Source of the DNA: Hyaloraphidium curvatum SAG 235-1
Lineage: Eukaryota > Fungi > Monoblepharomycota
Assembly: GCA_025558095.1 (NCBI GenBank)
Contig: JAIVFI010000038.1
Span: forward strand, 372,001 to 436,000
Length of the DNA stretch: 64,000 bases
Direction of reading: 5' to 3'
A program made the position numbers and the translations under genes. How positions within the stretch are numbered: position 1 is the first letter of the stretch; each line of letters opens with the position of its first letter. Shown here piece after piece: positions 55,649 through 64,000 of this stretch. The notes under the pieces were generated by a model. It worked only from the letters and a program-made list of their open reading frames with translations, was not told the origin of the DNA and did not search any database.

Positions 55649-56224
55649 CGCGCCTTCCCTTCCTCGGAGGAGGTGCTGGGGGCGGTGGGCCAAAAGCTCG
55701 TTCGTGTTCTCTCCACTTGCCACTCACCCGGGCGTCCGCATCTGTTCTTCCCTGGCCGATACGACAATTGGTGACACTCCACGCCGTTTGGGCCATCTGC
55801 TTCATTTGCAAGCCTTCTCTTCAGCTCGCTCATTTCTACGACAGCTCATGTAGATCCCCGCCACTCCGGAATAACGCCTCGCACAAACTCTGTGACCAGC
55901 ATCCTGCCGTCCGGAAAGGGGCGTGCCTGAAACAAGAAAGGCGGTCGATTCCCAGTTTCCGATCGGTTGACCAACCAGGCGACGTTTCCAGGCCGGTTTA
56001 CACCGGCGGCGTTCGATCTGCCGTCCAAATGATCGGATCCATGTGCCGGAGGATGGATTCTCGCCTGCTTCGTCTGCTGGCCAACCCGACCAGTATGCTG
56101 CTTGGGCGGCAAGTTTGTTCCCAAGTCGTCGTTCGGACGAGGGGTCCGTCAGGGTGCAAGGGCACGACATCGCGAGTTCCCAGCTCCGCTCCGACCCCCC
56201 CGTGTCCTCGCCCGCGCGTCCACG

Positions 56225-57327
56225 ATGTCTATCAACAGCGCCGTATTTGCGGCGGGCTCTCCGACGCCTCTGCTCGTCGTCGGCCGCGAGCAGCTCCTCG
56301 CGCAGGCGGACAAGGTCGAGCTCACGCTCGCGTCGTCGAGCGAGCACGGCGCGCCCGGCAACTACGCCTTTTCGAGCGGCTCCATATACGTGACGCCTAT
56401 CCGTGTCATCTATGTGCCCAAGCCGGCGCCGGCGGGCTGTTCGTCGGTCGTGCTGCCGCTGGACAACATCCGGAACGCGAAGCTCGAGCAGCCCATGTTC
56501 TCGTCGAACTTCTGGGGTCAGGATGCCGTTCTCACTCGCTCTTCTTTCTGCTTACCGAGATTGGACCCGCAGTCGGCGTTGTGGTGCCGGTTCCGGGCTG
56601 CGGGCTGCCCAACGTGCCCATGTGCTCGGTCAAGCTCGTCTTCCCAAGCGGCGGCGCGTCGGGGATCCACACGGCCATCCTCCGGGCTTCCGGCGGTACT
56701 GGTATGTCTTCACCGTCGCTGCAGCCGGAGTAGCCTCACGAAACGCGGCATGTCCCTTCTCTACGCCGACTTCTATTTCCCGCCGCACGACGACTCCCAG
56801 CCGCGCTGGATATCGCCAAAGAAAAGGTCCTCAACCCGTCGGCCAACCTGAACATCTTCACGCCGCTGCAGCCGCAAGCCTCGCCCCTGCCCCCCGCGGC
56901 CCCGCCCGGCAGCTACCTCGACGCGCAGCCCGGGCTCCCATCGTACCAGCCCTACCCGACTCCCCCCGGCGGCCCCGTCCCCGCCTCGGCCGTCTATCCG
57001 GGCGCTCCGCCGCCGCAGGGGCAGTACACCGCCCCGCCGGGGACCTACCCTCCCCCTCCTACTGCTGCCGGCGACGCCCCGCCGGGGTACTCCACAGCGC
57101 CGAGGCCGTCGTCGGACTCCAAGACCGCGCCGGTGCCGCCTCCGGCCCCGCCCCCGGTTGATGCTCTTCCGGCCTACGAGGATGCCGTGCCGGTGGCGGA
57201 GGCTCCGGCCCCTGCTGCTCCCGCGGCACCTGCTGCTCCCGCGGCACCTGCTGCGCCGGCTGCCCAGCCGCCGGCGCCAGCGCCGCCGCCACCAGCGGGA
57301 GGTCAGGAGAATCCTTTCAGGCAGTGA
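56225..57327 (+). CDS. WBP2-like PH/GRAM-domain protein with PPxY/LPxY motifs and C-terminal NPF
   Basis: MSINSA..GSIYVTPIRVIYV..SVVLPL..LEQPMFSSNF..VVVPVPG..KLVFPSGGA. Tail motifs LPSY, PPGY, LPAY, ENPFRQ*. Confidence 0.78.
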
Positions 57328-57329
57328 TA

Positions 57330-57375
57330 TGAGGACGTGGAGGACGGCTGCCTGAGGACGTGGAGGACGGCTGCC
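57330..57375. repeat. Perfect 2 x 23-bp tandem repeat just 3' of the WBP2-like stop
   Basis: tgaggacgtggaggacggctgcc occurs twice. Confidence 0.9.
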
Positions 57376-57442
57376 GAGTCTAGGTTGATGCTTTTTGGAA
57401 AGTCGTGATACAGTTACGGGTCCAGAGAAGTGGGTCTACCGC

Positions 57443-58242
57443 TCAGAACTGGGACTCGTGCGGGACCGGGAACTCGTCCACGTTGAGGCAGAAGGACACC
57501 CAGCTGCGTCCAGCCTCGTTAGCGACCTTAATCGACGGCGATGAGGCACCCAGGAGACACCCACGTGTAAAGTCCCATCAACCCCATGAGCTCCACGGCC
57601 CCAGGCTCCCCGATCAGATTTCGAACCGCCTCCCACGTCCCCGCGTCCACCCTGTTGGGCGCGTGGAAGAGCTTCCAACAGAAGGCATAGTACGCGTTGC
57701 CCTCCTCCGTGAGGGACGCCAGCGGCGGCGCGCGGTCCTCCCTGATCTCGCGCAGTGCGTCCTCGGAGATGCCGGCCAGCTTGGCGGCCTCGGCATGCGA
57801 GTGCCATTCGAAGTCGGAGCGGAAGTGTCGCGCGGTGGAGAGGATGGCGAGCTCCTTGGCCAGCGGCGGCAGGCTCCCCTTGTGGTTGAGGTGGGTCAGG
57901 GCGGCGTTCATGAGCTGCAGCAGATAGAACGGTTGGCCAGATGCCTTTCTGCGCGACGCATGCTCGGCCTGCCTTTGTGAAGGACGGCGTCCGTGCCCAC
58001 GCGTTCCCCGGGCCGACCTTTGTCCTCGGGCCCTCCCAGTAAGCCTTCTGCTCCTCCGTCACGCTTTCGTCGTTTGCGGGGTCCAGAGGGGGGAACCTGC
58101 GCCCCTGCACCCCGGCGGCGTAGAATGGAGAGGCCGAGATGGTGTCGAGGGTGCCCAGGAATTGCCGGTGGTACTCGGACTGCTCCTCGGGCGTGCGAAC
58201 AATCTTCCGCGGGGGGAGATTCGTGCGGTACGGGGCGGACAT
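57443..58242 (-). CDS. Carboxymuconolactone decarboxylase / AhpD-like protein; 2 introns
   Basis: RFPPL..LPPLAKELAILSTARHFRSDFEWHSH..AGIS..GEPGAVELMGLMGLYT|WVSFCLNVDEFPVP..*. Confidence 0.8.
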
Positions 58243-58809
58243 GTCAGGCCGAGTGGAGATTGGGATGGGAGACAGATGACGGCTCCGGTCGGGACGTCGG
58301 ACTCGGCGATCGACCGGTCGGTTGCGAAGTCACCGGGCCGGGGCCAAGAGAGAGAAACCGACCGGCGCCAGGCCCACGGAAGCCTAATCGACTTTGTACA
58401 ATCTTCTAGCTCTGACGAAGATACAATGGTGACGGCTCGGCAGCCAAAATCGCGCCGTCGCGTGTCCACATCGTTCGTATTCCCACGGCTCCGATCTCCG
58501 ACAATGTCACTTCCAACAGCAGAGGAATAGACATTCCTGTGCATGGGCGCCCGCCCACGAGCGCCCGGAAAAAGTTGGGAACACCCTGGGCCGGGCGGCT
58601 CGCGGTCAAGCGCAAGAACCGAATCAGCCCCCGCCAAGCCCCGCTCGGTTGGATGGAATCCGCCCTGTGTTCCCATAACGCAGCACGGATGTATGGGTGC
58701 GGAGAGGTACAAAAGGCAGGACTCACTCTTGAACGGCAGCGATTCGCAGACATTCCGTCTTTCCTGGTGGCATCGGGAAACCGACTCATCTGCGTCAGAC
58801 ATCACTCGG

Positions 58810-59120
58810 TTAATCACTCGTATGCCCCGCTCCGATCCCCGTGCTTCGCCACCATGTCCTGCCAGAAGGTGCGCTCCGCGTCCGTGAGCGTCTTCGCCCT
58901 CCAATCGGCCGCGTATCCACGCCGAACTCGCTCCCCAAACGGACGGGGAGCCTGATCCCGGCGGTCTCAACCATCTGCTCCACCGCATCCATGTTCCACG
59001 CGCGGAGCGACGTCTCGAAAAGCTCCACCCGGAGCGTCGCCAGCCCAGGCGACAACCCTGTGAGCAGCTTGGCCATCATCTGGGCAACTTCAAGCTACCT
59101 AAGCTTCGCCTTGCGGTAGA
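58810..59120 (-). pseudogene. Possible degraded C-terminal fragment of an F-box/LRR-like gene
   Basis: KAKLR*LEV..LSPGLATLRVEL.. has an in-frame TAG, then a frame change to ..AERTFW... Loosely resembles the end of 54200-55648. Confidence 0.3.
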
Positions 59121-59290
59121 GCGACGCCCAGCTGTGCGAGCCCAAAGGCTAGCCGCCAAGATTCGCCGATCTGGATCGTTCCGGGGTTGAAAGTATCCAA
59201 AACGACGGATCTGCCGTCAATGAGGCCATCGCACGTTGCATGCGTGGATCGCCCCGAGTGCGCCTCGAGTAAAGTCTACGTATAGGGTTG

Positions 59291-62228
59291 CTAGATCCAC
59301 CAGCTCCCGCCCACCGACGCCACCCACGAAGGCGTCACCCAATCCGGCGTCCGTTCCTTGAACTTCCACACCGCCGGCTCCCACCAGTTCCCCTCCCTCC
59401 TGTCCCCGAACGCCCCCCATGACCCCGCCGTCCCGTTCCCGAAGATCGTCGCGTCCATCCCCCACAGCTCGACCCGGATCTTCCCGCCGGGCCCGGAATC
59501 CGGCACCGCCACCATCTCGAGCTCGAAGCTGTCCGCGCCGAACCCCTTGGCGTGCTTGACCACCGTCCGCCTCCCCGACGCCACCTCGTCCCGCCCGGGC
59601 TTCCCGCCTTCGACGTCCCACCACTCCACAGTGCATCCCGAGAAGCTCACCGCGGGTCCCACAAGGCCAGCCACCCGGAATCGCAGCAAAAGCCTCCTCC
59701 CGTTGCCTTCTGGCACGTCCGAAAGCACCTCCACCCCCGGCCACCTCTCCCTCGGCGGTACCCCCACGGCTGCCAGCTCCCCCGCCGGAACGCGGAGCGA
59801 CGCCACCATCGGGCTCCGGGGCCAGCCGACGTCCCACTCGGCTTCCTTGTCCGTCCGCACGGCCTGCTCCGCGATCCGGTCCCACGCCGTGCGGCGGTCC
59901 TCCGGGGGCGCCGCGAGCGCGAGGCGGAGGTATGCGTCGAAGGCGGTCCATCCGCGGTCGGCGTGGGCAAAGTCGAAGGTGGCGAGGCCAGAGGTGGTGT
60001 TGTAGCCGAGCTGGAGGTACAGGCGCTTGGGATGGTCCGCATCGAACGGGCGGAGCACAAAAGGGGCAACGACGATCGGGAGCGCGGCAACCAGGAGAAG
60101 CACGCGCGCGGGAGGACGGATGGAGAAGGAGATGTGCGGGAGCAATGGGTGCGCGACGGCCCACGCGAGAAGCGCTGCGATGCCGGCGAGGATGTCATCC
60201 GTGAGCCAGCGCGCCGAGTCGGCGGTCGTGCCGGGGGAAGGCTGCGGGGTGCCGATGCGGCCCATGAGGGGCACGATGAAGCGCAGGGCCGAGAGGATGA
60301 GGGGGACGCCGCATGTCCAGGGGAAGATCGGGAACGCGGGGCCGAGGGCGGGGAAGAGGGCGTACAGGGAGAGGCAGGCGGCGTGGATGGCGGGCAGGTA
60401 GCTCGATCCGAGGCCGGCAGAGGTCATGCCGTAGGTCATGAGAGCCAAGAGGGGGAGGTGCGCGACTGTGGCCGTGCGCGCGTCCGGCGACGCGGGCGAG
60501 CCGGCGCCGGCGACGAGGCGCAGCGCGGCAACCGCGCCAGCAAGCGCCGCGGGCGCGTAAAGGAACAGTGGCAGTGGCTCCCAGCCGAAGAACAGGAGTT
60601 CCTGGCCCCAGGGGTGGTAGCGCATCAGCCGCGAGGCGGCGAGCGCCGACGCGACCGCAGCCACGGGGGCGGCAAACGTGCTGGCCACGGTCCGCACCAG
60701 CGCTAGCACCGCCTCGCTCGACGGACCTTGCGCCGCTCGCACCGTGCCCGCCGCAAAGACCAGGAACGCCGCGATCGCCCCTCCCGCGGCGGCGGCGTGC
60801 AGCACCGCCATCCACCTCGCCCCATACGCGACCAGGAACCCCAACCAATCAAACCACACCCCTTCGGCATTCTCGTGCCCCTCCCCCGTCGTCCACGTTC
60901 CGTCCACGCCCTCTTTGAGCACCTCGACCAGCGTTCCCAAGACGTCCGCGCCCCACTTGCCCACCACCCCCTTGCCGATCGCCTCGAACGTGTCGAGGGG
61001 CGTGTGGTACCTGTAGCTGTCCGCGAACGTGGCCATGTCCATGCCGACGTGGTCCGGGTCGCCCCCGAACTCGGGCTCCGCGACCACCCGCCGCGGCCGT
61101 ATCGGGAACACCCTCCTCCCAGGCCCGGGCCACTCGGATTCGTCCGGCGGTGCGTAGCCGGGCTCGTACGCGATCACACCCTCCCCGGCCCAGTGCCTGA
61201 AATCCGTGTCGCTGACCAGCGCCCCAGTTCGGAACACGTCTCCGAAGACGACCGAAAGGTGCTTCCAGCTTGCCCCCTTGCGGAAGGCGCGGAGCAGGCC
61301 CGCACCGCGGAGCTGGAACACCGCTGCCGGCCCTTTCGAGCCGCATGCCTCGAGGTTGACGATCAGCTTGGCCCGCCGCGAGAGGGGGGACCGCGGGTGG
61401 GCGAGGAACATGTGCGCCCCGTTGAGGCCGCCCTCCTCGTTGCCGTTGAACAGAAAGGCGACGGGGTTGCGCATGCCTGCCGCGGGGAGGAGGGAGAGCT
61501 GCCGCGCGGCTTCGAGCATGACGGCGCAGCCCATGGTGTCGTCGCCGGCGCCGCCGCCCGAGGAGCTGGCGGTGTCGATGTGGCAGTTCAGCAGTACGAC
61601 GGGCGTGGTGGGGGTTGTTCCGGGCGGGTCGAAGACGGCGATGACGTTAGAGATGCCAGAGTAGCTGGAATGCCGGTTGAGGGAGGAGGGCAAGGACGGA
61701 GGATGTCAGCGTCCGGCCGAGTTCACGCAGCCCGCGGGCCACCCACGTCTGGAAGAACGTCCCACGGCCGCCGCTGAGCGCCATGGCCTGGCTGCCGCGT
61801 TCTCCGTCCTCCATGCGCTGCCGCTCGACCGTGTAGTTCCACCCGTTTGCCTCTGCCGCCTCGCCGAACGACCGCAGCACGCCCTCAGCGTACTCCTCGC
61901 CGAGCACGCAGAGACGCGTGCCAGTCACTCGTGGCCCCATTTCGGACAGCGTTTTGATGTGTGCTTCAGCTTTTTCGGCGTCGAACGGCGAGGGCCGACC
62001 GACCAGCAGGCCCGCGACCGGGCCGCGCTCCAGCGAGAACCGCGACAGCGCAAACACCGCGGCCAGCGCCGCGACGTGCACGAAGAAGGCGGACGACCGT
62101 GCTGAACGCCGCGTGGGGGCCGCGCCGGGGGGCCGCGCGGATTGGCGCTCGGCGGGGGCACCGTCGGCGGCGTCTCTCGCGGCGCCCTTCGAAGCGGCGA
62201 GGCGGCGGCGCGCGCCGCTCGCGTCCAT
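59291..62228 (-). CDS. M28 membrane metallopeptidase (ERMP1/PFF1-like): N-terminal TM, M28 domain, multi-TM region
   Basis: LLNCHIDT, GAGDD, FLFNGNEEGGLNGA, VNLEACG, SDTDFR, YHTPLD. 5' exon GPRVTG; ATG 62228. Confidence 0.88.
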
Positions 62229-62949
62229 TGCGGCCGATTCGCAGATAGCGGTCCCAGGACTTGGTTCCCTGGCCGGATTTAGGCTCCGTCGGCCGTTTTC
62301 TGACTGACTGATTTCTAGAAGGCGGCAGTTCGGGGTCCCGACCCTTGGTCGGCGCCCAAGCGCCACGTTTCTTCCCCCCGACATCTCAATGAAAACCGAC
62401 CAAATCGCACGGGGACATCCGTTGCCAATACCCCGTGACCGCCGGAGATTCGCTGCAGGCCGACCGAGCGCTGCGGGAATTTTGGAACGTTGTAGGACCC
62501 TACAATCGAGATTGCAGTAGTGGCAACAAAAGCGGTAGCCTCCTAAGCGAACGACGAGGCAAGCGGACCTGACAGCCGCTCGAATGCTTGCTGCCAAGTC
62601 CCGGGTTTTTTCGCGCCTGCCTCGGCCGCGGTCGGATTCCACGGCGGTGGGATTTCGAAGGGTGACGCGACGCCAGCATTCGGGTCCGACCAGGATCACT
62701 CGGTCGGTCTGTAGCTGTGCGAACAGTGTTTGAAAGGGCATGGAGCATGCGGAGGGATTTTCCACCTCCGGCGACCTCACGGAGGCCGTGGTTCCGCGAG
62801 ATTGTGCACGAGGTGATCTACCGTTTTGTCTCGGAAGCGGGAGAAGAGCCGATGGAACCCGCAGCGTAACAACACCCTCACGGCCACGGCATTCCAAGAC
62901 GAACGCGCCGAGCTTCTTGAAAGCAAAATCGAACCCACAAGTCTTGGCC

Positions 62950-63130
62950 GCCGCCGCGCTGGAGCGGTGCCGAGGCCCGCGCGCCGAGGAGGAGGTTCCT
63001 CGGCGTCGTGATGGGGTTCGGCGCGTTCAGGGGGCTGCTGGTTTCGCTGGTCACGGTCGCGTTCGCGGCGTGGGGGGTGGCGAGGGGGTTCGGTGTCGCG
63101 CTGACGCTGGAGACCGTGTGCCCGGGGTGA
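62950..63130 (+). pseudogene. Orphan 3' fragment of a paralog of the 63243-64000 membrane protein
   Basis: RRRFLGVVMGFGAFRGLLVSLVTVAFAAWGVARGFGVALTLETVCPG* aligns by eye to RYRIFGFPVSFALLRTAVVTVVTLAVGLWSVLRGLGIFLTVQSYCPIR*. No upstream body is visible. Confidence 0.7.
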
Positions 63131-63242
63131 GCCGTCTGCGGACCCGATCGGGGCTGCGCATCACAACGATGGAAACAGTGGTGCATTCTCGCTCTCTTTC
63201 GCAGTGAGGGGGCTATACCCCTTACAGCCGGCCCTTCCGGTC

Positions 63243-64000
63243 TTACCGAATCGGACAGTAAGACTGCACGGTCAAAAAGATCCCCAACCCGCGCAGCACG
63301 CTCCACAACCCCACCGCCAGCGTGACGACTGTCACGACCGCCGTCCGCAGCAGCGCGAACGACACAGGGAACCCGAAGATGCGGTACCTGTGCCTCTCGA
63401 TCCCCGCGAACGAACCCAGCAGCGCCTCGTGCGCGCGGAGCGCGTCGACCACCCGCTGAGGGGCGGGATCTGCGCGCCGGGCGGCGGCGGCGAGCATCCC
63501 CTGGATGCGCTGCCGCGCGTCGTGGTACGTCCCCGCGAGGTCCTCGATGGCGACGTTGCCGAGCGAGAGCAGGGAAAGGTCGACGGCGAACCAGCAAAGC
63601 ATCCAGAGGATCGGGGCCAGGGCGCCCAGGGTGATGCAGGAGCCGACCGAGGCGGTGATGAGGGCGAAGACGGAAAAAGCGGCGAGGCAGAGCAGGGTGT
63701 TGGTCCCGCCGGCGTGCAGGACGCCTATGCCCCAGGGGAGGGCGGCAGCGGCATTTTCGTGCAGATCCTCGTAAAGCTCGCGCCCGCCAATGAGCTCGCC
63801 GATCTCGGCTTCCGAAAGGCCACCATCGAGCGCCAGGAAGTAGCGCTCAAAGAACGAGGCAAATGCGACATTGGCGGCCCGCATGCCCAGCCGGCGGGGG
63901 AGCTCCAGGATCGCTGAGGAAGAGGAAGGGGAAGCGATGCGGCCCTGTAGGACAAAACCAAGCGTCATGAACACCAACATCGCACCAAGAAGACCTGACC
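63243..64000 (-). CDS. Multi-pass membrane protein, 5' part outside the window
   Basis: Open frame to the window edge, several TM helices, ends ..TVQSYCPIR*. Confidence 0.75.
   Translation of the reverse strand, partial: SGLLGAMLVFMTLGFVLQGRIASPSSSSAILELPRRLGMRAANVAFASFFERYFLALDGGLSEAEIGELIGGRELYEDLHENAAAALPWGIGVLHAGGTNTLLCLAAFSVFALITASVGSCITLGALAPILWMLCWFAVDLSLLSLGNVAIEDLAGTYHDARQRIQGMLAAAARRADPAPQRVVDALRAHEALLGSFAGIERHRYRIFGFPVSFALLRTAVVTVVTLAVGLWSVLRGLGIFLTVQSYCPIR

Noticed and set aside
58250-58800. ORFs of 114-309 aa in the gap upstream of the CMD-like gene
   Set aside because: No motifs, weak codon bias; treated as intergenic.
1-64000. Prokaryotic origin of the window, suggested by bacterial-like genes (MscL, IRED-like, SDR, VOC)
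   Set aside because: Abundant spliceosomal introns, eukaryote-specific genes (RTT103, F-box proteins, WBP2-like) and PTS1 signals.

Overview
This is eukaryotic genomic DNA: GC-rich, gene-dense, with short spliceosomal introns (mostly 50-65 nt, GT..AG, CTGAC/CTAAC/CTCAC branch points). Gene content suggests an early-diverging, chytrid/monoblepharid-like fungus (inference). I can support 29 genes and several gene fragments. The ORF track is misleading because introns split the real genes and GC bias creates long shadow ORFs. Genes in order: F-box DNA helicase, SDR, ankyrin protein, GH15 glucoamylase, a ~2,500-aa secreted protein with 15 PAN/apple-like repeats, a peroxisomal VOC protein, a Sel1-MYND protein, a frameshifted alpha/beta hydrolase, an S1 protease, Zn-ADH, an AlkB-like dioxygenase, an RCC1-TM-kinase receptor, RTT103, an NmrA-like protein, an imine-reductase-like protein, a Zn-finger/repeat protein, a membrane protein, a lipid-related run (FA hydroxylase, GNAT, ECI, lipase, acyl-CoA synthetase, ALDH, ABCG), an intron-containing MscL, an F-box-like protein, a WBP2-like protein, a CMD/AhpD-like protein, an M28 peptidase and a partial multi-TM protein. 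Two signals stand out. (1) The giant PAN-repeat protein appears punctuated by propeptide-like RR-Q/ER-Q/AR-Q/KR sites, suggesting a processed polyprotein. (2) A ~1.35-kb inverted duplication (lipase 3' end + ALDH 3' end) flanks a 4.6-kb ACS/ALDH cassette, and the orphan ALDH 3' copy differs from the intact gene only by synonymous changes. No rRNA, tRNA, CRISPR array or transposase was recognised. All family calls come from motif reading, not database searches.
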